Origin: an uncultured Bdellovibrionales bacterium
Lineage (GTDB): Bacteria > Patescibacteriota > Minisyncoccia > Moranbacterales > DUUL01
Assembly (NCBI GenBank): GCA_964556685.1
Contig: CAZKWX010000002.1
Coordinates: 10,541-74,540 of the forward strand
DNA length: 64,000 nucleotides
Direction of reading: 5' to 3'
Part shown: positions 19,289 through 28,174 of the stretch, piece by piece
Layout: every line of letters begins with the position of its first letter
Numbering within the stretch: position 1 is the first letter of the stretch
Translations under genes and position numbers: made by a program
Notes under the pieces: generated by a model
The model's input: only the letters and a program-made list of their open reading frames with translations
What the model was told of the DNA's origin: nothing
The model's database searches: none

Positions 19289-19741
19289 TTACAAACGTCC
19301 TGACAAAACGTCACTGAAAAGATAGATAAAAAACACAGTTAGAACTGCTCCGTAAAAAATGCCAACAATAACTTCACTCCATCGATGGCCAACGCGCTCT
19401 TTGAGTCGAGGATATTTCTCAGTGTCAATCTTCAAAGTTTGAATTAACATATTCAAATATCTTCCTTGATCTCCAAGGTGCATTCTGATTCGGAGGGCAT
19501 CATCAAGGATGACCAGAGCAAAAACTAGTGCGAAAGCAAATATGGCCGAATTAATTCCTTTCATGTAACCGACGACGATAGCCAGAGAAATTACCAGAGC
19601 GCTGTGCATCGAGGGCATGTGTCCGTGAGTGAAAAAGTAGCTCCAATCTAATCCATGCTTGATTGAAAAAATCACAAATTTGGTTATTTGTGTGATGATT
19701 CCAACAAGAAGGGGGATAAAAACAATGGCTAAATGTTCCAT
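19289..19741 (-). CDS. Divergent PAP2-family (DUF212) membrane protein
   Basis: GHMPSMHSA, DA..R...G..G, GH.WSEVIVG. Confidence 0.85.
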   Translation of the reverse strand: MEHLAIVFIPLLVGIITQITKFVIFSIKHGLDWSYFFTHGHMPSMHSALVISLAIVVGYMKGINSAIFAFALVFALVILDDALRIRMHLGDQGRYLNMLIQTLKIDTEKYPRLKERVGHRWSEVIVGIFYGAVLTVFFIYLFSDVLSGRL

Positions 19742-19991
19742 TTTTTGTTTTATCCTACTTCGTCTCGAAAATTCGGGACTACGAAGGACAGGCTAATCAA
19801 TCTAGTATTCTACAGCTTGCTGTGGAATGAGAAACTAGGGCCTGTTAAGGATTAACGCCTACTTACTTATGGTCTAATTATAAAACAAAATTAGGCATTC
19901 ATCAACTTGAATTATCTAAAATTGCGTGATAGCATAAGTTACTGTAAGAGCTTTAAGTAAAAGAATAAATAATTAAATAAAATAAATTCAA

Positions 19992-22637
19992 ATGAAAGTT
20001 CCAATCGGGAATAGTCCGCAAGGATCACCAGCAAGAAGTCCACAGGGCCAACCAAAAGGAAGTGGAATTTCAAGTTTTAGAAAACCTGTGCAAGAAGCGG
20101 GAACCGGTGCTGCGCCCACTCCAATGGCACCTCCAAAAAAGAGAAAAGAAAACACCAGAGCGATGAAGATCATTGATTTGATTACCAAGGTCTCCATCTA
20201 TCTGACAGTGTTTTTGCTACCCTTATTTTTCTTGCCTAACGTGCCTAGCGTTTTGGATCTCAACAAACAAGCTTTGTTGGTGATTGTCGTGGGTATTGGT
20301 TTTCTGGCTTGGGTGGGGAAAATGGCCTGGAGAAACGAAATCAGGTTTCGTAGCAATTTTATCCTCATTCCAGTAGTGGTATTGTTGTTCATATTTGGTT
20401 TAAGCGCCGTTTTTTCAAATTATCGAGAACAGAGTTTTTGGGGATATTTCGGGGGAGAGAGCGAAGCTTTCATCACTCTGCTATTCATGGTCGCGCTTTT
20501 TGTCCTAATTTTCAATAACATCAAAAACAAAAAAGACGCGGTGAAGTTGATTCTGACATTTTTGGTCAGTGGTTTCCTCGTGTCTTTATATGGACTGCTG
20601 CAACTCTATCAAGTCTATGCTGTGCCAAATGATGCTTTCAAAAATCCATTTTTCAACAGCGTTGGATCGGTCTATATCTTCAGTGTCTATGTGGGAGCAT
20701 TGTTCCTGCTCACGGTTTCAATGTTTTTGAGCGACATTTCAAAGATACTCAAGATTGCTTTAATTGTGCTTTCAATCTTTTTCTTCTTTGTCTTGATGCT
20801 GATTAATTTTAAGATTGTTTGGTGGATTATCCTCTTTATGTTGGCCCTGCTTTTGGGAATCACAATCATTCGAGGCAAGAAATCTGAGAGCCAAGCAAGG
20901 GTTTTGCCAATGGTCTATTTGGTTCTAGCACTGCTCATGGTGCTGCGCAGCCAGCCGATTATTCGAATGGATTTGCCGGTGGAAGTGCTGCTTAATCACA
21001 AAACTTCAGCCTCAATTGCCTTTAGTTCGCTCAAAGAGAACCCGCTTTTGGGAAGCGGACCAACTACTTTTGTGTCTGTTTATAAGGCTTTTCGACCCGA
21101 TAATCTAGGTGATTTCTGGTCAGTTAATTTTAACGGAGCCAGCAGCTATTTCTTCACGCTGATGTCCACCACGGGAGTTTTGGGAACCCTGGCATTCTTG
21201 TTCTTGGTGGGAATTGGAATTATCTATTTTGTTAGGAACTTACTCAAAGCTGTTGCAGCTAAGGGAGAAGAAACTGAGGGGGACTATATCGCCATTGGAG
21301 CAGGATTGGTTTGGTTATTTACCACTATTATCCTGTTCACCTATATGGCCAATATGACCATTTTGATGCTCTGGTGGTTTAGCTTTGCACTGTTCTTGTC
21401 ATTCTCATTCTTCGATCCGAGAATGAGAGACAAGGAATTTGTCACCACCTCAGCTACTCCTCGATCATCACTGCTTTTGTCATTTGTGTTCGTGTTGATT
21501 ATCATTGGATTTGTAGCAGCGATCTATCTTCAAAGTCAAAAATACATTGCCGCCGCTCACTTCAACAAAGCCCTAGTGCTTGATGCCCAAGGAGAAGAAA
21601 TTCAAAGAGTAACTGATAGAGTGAACAAAGCCCTGGAACTTGATCCCAATCGGGATGTCTATTTTCGAAATATGTCAGTGGCACTGTTTGCTTTGGCTAA
21701 CCAGCGGGTAGCCGAAAAAGGTCAAGATCTGACTGCCGAAGATTCAAACTATGTTAGTAGTATGATCAGTGGATCACTTCAGTCAGCTGATCGATCAAGG
21801 CTTTTGGATGACAGCAATTCAGATAATCACTTGGCCGTAGCTCAGATTTATGAAGGAGTCTTGATTACCATGGAAGGAGCGGATGAAAATGCAATCAAGA
21901 ACTATGAAGAAGCCGTTAAATATGATCCAAATAATCCGGCTCTTTATCAACGATTAGCTAACATTTATATAACCTTAGCAGATGTGGCGGCTGCTCAAGC
22001 TCAGGCTCAAAGCCAAGATCAAAGCACTGAATTGCCAGAGGAGAGCAAACAATATTTAGCGCTAGCTCGAGAAAACATCAACAAAGCCCTGGAAATTAAA
22101 CCAGACTTCATATCAGCTCACTTAGCGCTAGTGGGAGTGCATGAAAGAGAGGGAAACATGGATAAAGCCATTGAAAAAGAACTGGAAAACAAAGCTATGT
22201 TCCCGCGAGATCCAGGCATGGCCTTCCGAGTGGGCTTGCTCTATTACAAGGACGAACAATTTAGCAAGGCGCAAGAGGAATTTGAGTATGCGCTTTCATT
22301 GGATGAAAACTTTGCTAATGCGCTCTATTTCCTTGGTCTTTCCTTAGATCAGCAAGGAGACAAGCAAGCAGCGTTGGTAAGGTTTGAAAAAGTGGCCGAG
22401 CTTAATCCGGACAATGAAGAGGTAAAAAAAGTAATTGACAACCTGAAAAATGGACGAGATGCACTCGATGGAATAGGACCAGAAACTCAACAAGGGCAAA
22501 GCGCTCAAGGCGAGGCAACCGAAGAACAGCCTAGCATTAATCCTGATGTGGAACAGCAAGAGATTCCTGAAGAGGCAACACCAAGCCCAGAGGAAGTGAA
22601 TCCGCCAGAAGAGCAGCAACCTGCCGAGGAGCAATAA
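19992..22637 (+). CDS. Polytopic membrane protein, O-antigen-ligase-like, with C-terminal TPR repeats
   Basis: ~12 TM segments, PLLGSGPTTF loop, TPRs (ALELDPN, AVKYDPNN, VAELNPDN), acidic tail. Confidence 0.75.
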   Translation: MKVPIGNSPQGSPARSPQGQPKGSGISSFRKPVQEAGTGAAPTPMAPPKKRKENTRAMKIIDLITKVSIYLTVFLLPLFFLPNVPSVLDLNKQALLVIVVGIGFLAWVGKMAWRNEIRFRSNFILIPVVVLLFIFGLSAVFSNYREQSFWGYFGGESEAFITLLFMVALFVLIFNNIKNKKDAVKLILTFLVSGFLVSLYGLLQLYQVYAVPNDAFKNPFFNSVGSVYIFSVYVGALFLLTVSMFLSDISKILKIALIVLSIFFFFVLMLINFKIVWWIILFMLALLLGITIIRGKKSESQARVLPMVYLVLALLMVLRSQPIIRMDLPVEVLLNHKTSASIAFSSLKENPLLGSGPTTFVSVYKAFRPDNLGDFWSVNFNGASSYFFTLMSTTGVLGTLAFLFLVGIGIIYFVRNLLKAVAAKGEETEGDYIAIGAGLVWLFTTIILFTYMANMTILMLWWFSFALFLSFSFFDPRMRDKEFVTTSATPRSSLLLSFVFVLIIIGFVAAIYLQSQKYIAAAHFNKALVLDAQGEEIQRVTDRVNKALELDPNRDVYFRNMSVALFALANQRVAEKGQDLTAEDSNYVSSMISGSLQSADRSRLLDDSNSDNHLAVAQIYEGVLITMEGADENAIKNYEEAVKYDPNNPALYQRLANIYITLADVAAAQAQAQSQDQSTELPEESKQYLALARENINKALEIKPDFISAHLALVGVHEREGNMDKAIEKELENKAMFPRDPGMAFRVGLLYYKDEQFSKAQEEFEYALSLDENFANALYFLGLSLDQQGDKQAALVRFEKVAELNPDNEEVKKVIDNLKNGRDALDGIGPETQQGQSAQGEATEEQPSINPDVEQQEIPEEATPSPEEVNPPEEQQPAEEQ

Positions 22638-22660
22638 TAATCAAATAGGTTCTTCAAATA

Positions 22661-22688
22661 AAAAGGCGTCCCAAGTGGGGCGTCTTTT
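22661..22688. terminator. Intrinsic terminator
   Basis: aaaaggcgtccc-aagt-ggggcgtctttt. Confidence 0.7.
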
Positions 22689-22903
22689 GTTGTATAAAAA
22701 CTACCATTAAAACTACCATTTAAATGGTAGTTTTTAAAAGTGATAATGAGATTAGTGATTTGCTTGCCACTGAAAATCTCCCTGAAAAATATGACTCATA
22801 AATTCGTCTATATTCTTGAACAAAGCTTATCCGCTTCGCTCCACTTTATAAAGGGGGAAAGAGGGAGTTTTGTAGATTGGATAAACCTAGGTCAAAATAT
22901 GGG

Positions 22904-24046
22904 CTATAGCAAATTTCGTAATATTTTCTCTCTTCTCTTCTTTTCTTCCCAAGAAATCGGATCACCCAGTTTTTCGGCCGCTGTCTCTGGTCGGGGAGAG
23001 TATTTATTAATATAAGCGTCAGCGAATTTGACTTTCTTGAAAACCTTCACAGTTTCTTGGAATTCTTTTTCGGTTTCAGTAGGGAAGCCGACGATGACAT
23101 CGGTGGTAATTTTTACGTTAGGGATTCGAGTGCGGATTTTTTTAATTAAACTCAGATAATGTTTTTGAGTATATGGACGATTCATGTTTTTAAGAACTTT
23201 ATTAGAACCTGATTGAATGGGTAGATGAATTTTGTTGGGAGTGTTGTCATGCTTAATAATGACTTCAATTAGTTCATCAGAAAAATCTTTGGGATGGGAG
23301 GTGAGGAAATGGAATTTGATAGACGGGAAAGCTGTGGCAAGGTGGTCTAGTAAAATGGGGAAGGTGATAGTCTTTTGAGAATTTTGAATTTTGAATTTTG
23401 AATTTTGACTTTCAATTCCCAATTCCAAATTCCCAATTCTAAATTCATAACTATTCACATTTTGCCCCAAAAGCAGAACTACTTTACAGCCATTTTTCAC
23501 AGCTTTTTCTAGCTCATGAAATACTTCATGAGGAGGACGGGATTTTTCTCGGCCACGGACATAGGGAACCACGCAATAGGAACAGAAATTGTTGCAGCCG
23601 ATCATTATGGGAACTAATACTTTTCTCTTGCTTTTGTATTTGGGCATTATTTTCAGATAGTCACAATTATTACCTTTCAACTTTTTTGTATTATGTATTG
23701 AGTATTTTGTATTATGTATGGTTTTAAAATTCAGATTAAATAATTTATTTATTGATATGAATAGGTCTGCTTTATTTTTTAATTTTCTCTGCACATCTTT
23801 GCGATGGGCGACGCAGCCGGTGACGATGATGAATGTATCCTGATTCTTTTTTCGAAGATTGTGAATCTGACCATAGACTCGATCTTCGGCTGTTTGACGC
23901 ACTCCGCAAGTGTTAAAAATTACCAAATCAGATTGATTGATGTTTTTTGTAAGTTTTAGATTATTATTCTCTATGAAAGCAGCCACTCGCTCACTATCCG
24001 AAAAATTCATCTGACAGCCAAAAGTTTTTATGTAATATGTTTTCAT
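22904..24046 (-). CDS. miaB: MiaB-like tRNA methylthiotransferase lacking the TRAM domain
   Basis: TFGCQMN..DSE, NTC.VR, GCNNFCSYCVVP, HLPIQSGS, DVIVGFPTET; two 7-bp-repeat inserts. Confidence 0.85.
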   Translation of the reverse strand: MKTYYIKTFGCQMNFSDSERVAAFIENNNLKLTKNINQSDLVIFNTCGVRQTAEDRVYGQIHNLRKKNQDTFIIVTGCVAHRKDVQRKLKNKADLFISINKLFNLNFKTIHNTKYSIHNTKKLKGNNCDYLKIMPKYKSKRKVLVPIMIGCNNFCSYCVVPYVRGREKSRPPHEVFHELEKAVKNGCKVVLLLGQNVNSYEFRIGNLELGIESQNSKFKIQNSQKTITFPILLDHLATAFPSIKFHFLTSHPKDFSDELIEVIIKHDNTPNKIHLPIQSGSNKVLKNMNRPYTQKHYLSLIKKIRTRIPNVKITTDVIVGFPTETEKEFQETVKVFKKVKFADAYINKYSPRPETAAEKLGDPISWEEKKRREKILRNLL

Positions 24047-24286
24047 AAGAAAAGTTCACTTACCCCGCCCAGATTTGCGTAGCAAATCATGTGCGGGGTC
24101 TGACAACCGAAAGTTTTGATATAATAGGTTTTTGGTAACATAGGGCGTTGGCAGTAAGTTAGGTCTTATGCTGTATGCGTTTAGGCAAATTTTTTCCAAA
24201 TCTGTTTTAATCTTAATAATAATTTCTTTCAAAATCTTACTAAATAGCATAGAATAAGATTATCGGATTATTAACACTAAGTCAAA

Positions 24287-25072
24287 ATGAAACATATACT
24301 CAAAGAAGAAGAAATTATCGATATAGTAGAGGAAGAAAACAACGGATCATTGCCAGTTTTTTATTCAAAAGGTTGGGGAGAGTCATCGAAAACTACTAGG
24401 CCATTGTTTGAAAAACTTTCACAACATCGAAGAATTTTATCCTTTCTTCATCCACGAGAAATTAGAAAAACTGATTTTTCTGAAGATTTGGTAAGAAAAT
24501 TTTCGAAGGTTGTTCTGCAGAAAGCTTTTTGCATTTTAGAAGTCTTGGAAAGGAAAGGAACAGATAAAGTTGATGCGATTGGGTATTCTGAAGGTGGATT
24601 GATCTTGGCTGTGGCGGTTTATCTTCAACCAGAAAGGTTTAATCGAATAATCATGATTACTCCTATTGGGATTTTGGGAAGGACTCCATATCACAAGTTC
24701 GCTTGGGGTTTTTATAAAAATATAAAGCAAAATCAGGTTGATTTAAAGATGCAAAATGGAAGAGAAGAGTTGATTAAAATAACCAGTAAAGAATTTATTA
24801 AATATGTGAAAAAGAATCTTTCACTTTCATTTCGTGAAGCTCGGGCAATGGCTAGAGCAGATCTTCTGGAAATCATTAAAGGGTGGAATAAAGACCACTC
24901 GGAAGTGGTCTTTATAGCTAGCAAACAAGATAAGCTGTTTGATGTAGAGAAAATTAGAAGTCGACTGAAAAAGGAGAGCCTTGGTCCACTTTCCGAACTT
25001 GAGGGCATCCACACTGAATTGAAGCTCAATGATGGATATCAAAGGAAGGTGGTTGATATATTGAATCAGTGA
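24287..25072 (+). CDS. Alpha/beta-fold hydrolase
   Basis: Nucleophile elbow GYSEGG, downstream D (QDKLF) and H (GIH). Confidence 0.75.
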   Translation: MKHILKEEEIIDIVEEENNGSLPVFYSKGWGESSKTTRPLFEKLSQHRRILSFLHPREIRKTDFSEDLVRKFSKVVLQKAFCILEVLERKGTDKVDAIGYSEGGLILAVAVYLQPERFNRIIMITPIGILGRTPYHKFAWGFYKNIKQNQVDLKMQNGREELIKITSKEFIKYVKKNLSLSFREARAMARADLLEIIKGWNKDHSEVVFIASKQDKLFDVEKIRSRLKKESLGPLSELEGIHTELKLNDGYQRKVVDILNQ

Positions 25073-25158
25073 AGGCGATATATCGAAGTAACATTCTAAT
25101 ATTCTCAAGAACGTTAGAATGTTACTAGCTTATTAGGGATTGCATGAGCTACTCAAAA

Positions 25159-26988
25159 CTAAGCTTTTTCTTCGATTTCTTTTTTCACTCTTTCAATAAA
25201 GTTGGCTACTTTCATTACATTTTGCTTCTTGCCTTCCCTTTCCCGCACAGCAACCGCATCATCTTTTTCTTCTTTTTCTCCCACCACTAAAATGTAGGGA
25301 GTTTTTTGTTTGGTAGCGTTGGCAATGCGTTTGCCCAGTGACTCATCGGCATCATCCAGTTCTACTCGAATATCATTCTCTTTGAGTTGATCATGAACTG
25401 ATCTGGCATACTTAGCATATTTTTTTGAAATCGGTAAAATAACTGCTTGGACAGGAGAAAGCCAGACGGGGAATGCTCCGGCATAATGCTCGATCAAAAT
25501 TCCAACAAAGCGTTGAATTGACCCCATGATTGTTCGGTGGATCATAGCTGGTCGTTTAGCCTCTCCGCCCTTGTCAATATATTCCAAATTATATCTTTCA
25601 GGCATTGAAAAATCTAATTGAACAGTGCCGCACTGCCAAGAACGACCAAGAGAATCTTTGATGTGAAAATCAATTTTTGGTCCGTAGAAGGCGCCGTCAC
25701 CTTCATTGATTTTATATTCTAGTTTCAGATTTTTTAATGCTCGCTCTAGAGCTTTTTCTGACTTATCCCACATTTTACTTGAGCCAAGAAATTTCTCCGG
25801 CCTGGTAGAAAGTTCAATATGCACATCGGAGAAATTGAAGAATTTGTAAAATTCCAGTATTAGAGTGATAACATCTTTAATTTCTTTCTCTATCTGGTCA
25901 TCACGAGCGAAAATATGAGCATCGTCTTGACGAAAAGCTCTTACTCGAAATAAACCGCTCAAAGTGCCAGAAGGCTCGTGTCGATGTACTTCACCCTTTT
26001 CGGCATATTTCAAAGGGAATTCTCGATAAGAATGAAGATGGGTGTTGTAGATAATAATAGTGCCTGGGCAATTCATCGGTTTGATTGCATAAACCTCATC
26101 ATCTATCTTGGTGAAATACATATTGTCCTTGTAATGATCCCAATGGCCTGATTTGTGCCACATTTCTTCGGATAGCATGATGGGAGTAGACAGGGTTTGA
26201 TAGCCGGCTTTATTGAGCAACTTATCATAAGGTTTCATCAGTGCATCTCGCAGATCCATTCCTTTCGGATGCCAGAAAGCAAAACCACGACCCTCGTTAT
26301 GAAAACTGAACAAATCCAGCTCCTTGCCAATCTTTCGATGATCACGCTTTTGAGCCTCTTCCAACATGAACAAATATTGCTTTAATTCTTTCTTAGTCTT
26401 AAAAGCTGTGCCATAAATTCTTTGAAGCTGTTCACGCTTTTCATCGCCTCTCCAATAGGCACCGGAAATTTTGGTTAGTTTCATTGCATCGGGTTTGATT
26501 TCACCAGTTGATTCCAAGTGAGGGCCAGAGCAGAGATCAACAAAAGGTCCGCTCTTATAAACCATCACCCGTCCTTCGTTCCGCTTCGCGGAACTACGGA
26601 GGGCAGGCTTCTTTTTCTTCTGTTCCTTAGCGATATCATTTATAAGTTCAACCTTGTATGGCTGCTTGGCTTTCTCGAAGTGTTTGATGGCATCTTCAAA
26701 AGACATCATCTTTTTTTCAAAAGGATGATTGGCGGCGATGATAGCCTTCATTTTTTCTTCCAAAAGGGGAAGATCCTCAGGAATGAGAGTGCGGGGAAGC
26801 TCGAAATCATAATAGAATCCATCATCAATTGCCGGACCAATGGCAAATTTGGCTTCAGGAAACATTTCCAAAACCGCCGCGGCCAGCACATGAGAGGTAC
26901 TATGGCGCAAGACGTCTAGTTTGCTAGTTTTCTTGTTTTCTGCCTGCTCCGAGGGAGCAAGGCGACTTTTCGGGGGTTGTTTTGACAT
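25159..26988 (-). CDS. thrS: Threonine--tRNA ligase
   Basis: RHSTSHVLA, DLCSGPH, RDHRKIG, KPMNCPG, GAFYGPKID, WQCGTVQLDF. Confidence 0.98.
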   Translation of the reverse strand: MSKQPPKSRLAPSEQAENKKTSKLDVLRHSTSHVLAAAVLEMFPEAKFAIGPAIDDGFYYDFELPRTLIPEDLPLLEEKMKAIIAANHPFEKKMMSFEDAIKHFEKAKQPYKVELINDIAKEQKKKKPALRSSAKRNEGRVMVYKSGPFVDLCSGPHLESTGEIKPDAMKLTKISGAYWRGDEKREQLQRIYGTAFKTKKELKQYLFMLEEAQKRDHRKIGKELDLFSFHNEGRGFAFWHPKGMDLRDALMKPYDKLLNKAGYQTLSTPIMLSEEMWHKSGHWDHYKDNMYFTKIDDEVYAIKPMNCPGTIIIYNTHLHSYREFPLKYAEKGEVHRHEPSGTLSGLFRVRAFRQDDAHIFARDDQIEKEIKDVITLILEFYKFFNFSDVHIELSTRPEKFLGSSKMWDKSEKALERALKNLKLEYKINEGDGAFYGPKIDFHIKDSLGRSWQCGTVQLDFSMPERYNLEYIDKGGEAKRPAMIHRTIMGSIQRFVGILIEHYAGAFPVWLSPVQAVILPISKKYAKYARSVHDQLKENDIRVELDDADESLGKRIANATKQKTPYILVVGEKEEKDDAVAVREREGKKQNVMKVANFIERVKKEIEEKA

Positions 26989-27133
26989 AGTTGTGAATAA
27001 GTTAGTATTAAATGAGTTAAATTAAGGTTCTTTTGACATTTGAATACGAATGTGATTAGATTGATGATCAAAGAGTTCTTAAAGGCTAGAGTGGATTATC
27101 TTCCCATGTATCTAAGAGAATAGGAGGTAGGTC

Positions 27134-27565
27134 ATGCAAGAGGTAACAGTTATAATTCCTCATGGTTGTTGTCCGGGAATGCCAGGCAAATTTGTATTAA
27201 AACAAGATAGCAGGGGAAACGTTATTCTTCCTCCGAAAACAACGGGTACTTGCACCGGATGTCGCAAGGAAGATATAGGGACTGCCTTTGGAATTGAGTC
27301 CAAGGATGGCGAGATGGCCTCAATCCTCAATATGTTTGGCTGTCCCTTTTGTGGCAAAGGTAGAATGACAATGAGACTACTCATTAAGCATCCTAGGGCC
27401 ATGGAAGGCAAAGATAATTCTTCTGCGGCTGACGTTAAAATCGAATTCCTTGTTCAGGGCGAAGGGGGCAATGACGACCGAATCTCTTGTGACAACTGCA
27501 ATATGGAGTTAGTTGTTTCTGAGACGGGCTCTGTCCTTTTAAGTTGCCCTTGGCAAGAAGACTAA
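27134..27565 (+). CDS. Cys-rich hypothetical protein, possible zinc-ribbon domains
   Basis: CC, CTGC, CPFC, CDNC; strong SD AGGAGGT. Confidence 0.65.
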   Translation: MQEVTVIIPHGCCPGMPGKFVLKQDSRGNVILPPKTTGTCTGCRKEDIGTAFGIESKDGEMASILNMFGCPFCGKGRMTMRLLIKHPRAMEGKDNSSAADVKIEFLVQGEGGNDDRISCDNCNMELVVSETGSVLLSCPWQED

Positions 27566-27602
27566 GTGAGGAATGTAAGGGCAATATTCACTTACTCAAA
27601 AA

Positions 27603-27683
27603 CCTCATCTCATAACCTATTCGCAGGCGCCCAACTGGGCGTCTTTGCATTTACTAGATGCAGGAATAGATTCTGAGACGAGG
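27603..27683 (-). other. Structured element with a tRNA-Thr-like anticodon arm
   Basis: Minus strand: ~19-bp stem enclosing tgcat-CUAGUAA-atgca and cgccc-agtt-gggcg. Confidence 0.4.
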
Positions 27684-27755
27684 CTTCTTTTGAACGTTAG
27701 TACGGACGTTATAACGTACGTACTAACGAAGCTCGCGGTTCCACTCAGGTTTTTC

Positions 27756-28000
27756 GCCCCTCCCTTTACAAAGGGAGGTTGGGAGGGTTTTTCATTAAAA
27801 GTATAGACCGAAAACTCCCTCATTCCCCCTTTAAAAAGGGGGAGGCAAAACACTCTCTGATTGTTTTTGGCTTAGTCCCTTGTTTTTGACTGTAGCGACG
27901 TATATAAGCGTCGCCTACATTGCGTGTACACATTGTGCGCGCATATATCGAGTACATTTGCAAGCTAGGGAAGTGAACGTGGCAGTGCCACGTTCCTACG
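27756..28000. repeat. Cluster of REP-like palindromes (CCCCCTT/AAGGGGG type and GTAG type)
   Basis: ctccctttacaaagggag, ccccctttaaaaaggggg, gtagcgacgtatataagcgtcgcctac, gaacgtggcagtgccacgttcctac. Confidence 0.75.
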
Positions 28001-28040
28001 TATTTGGTAGACACATCAATCACCAAGAGAACTAAAGTTT

Positions 28041-28068
28041 ATTATATTAGTTTGTAGAAAAATGTCAA
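28041..28068 (-). promoter_or_regulatory. Consensus sigma70 promoter pointing toward thrS
   Basis: Minus strand TTGACA-16 nt-TATAAT. Confidence 0.6.
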
Positions 28069-28174
28069 ATCCTATTAAGTCTGAATGACAAAGCTCAAAT
28101 GCCAAATCAAATCCAAAATCCAAATAGAAATTACTTAATTTAGCATTGATTTGTTATTTTTGATTTAAAATTTG

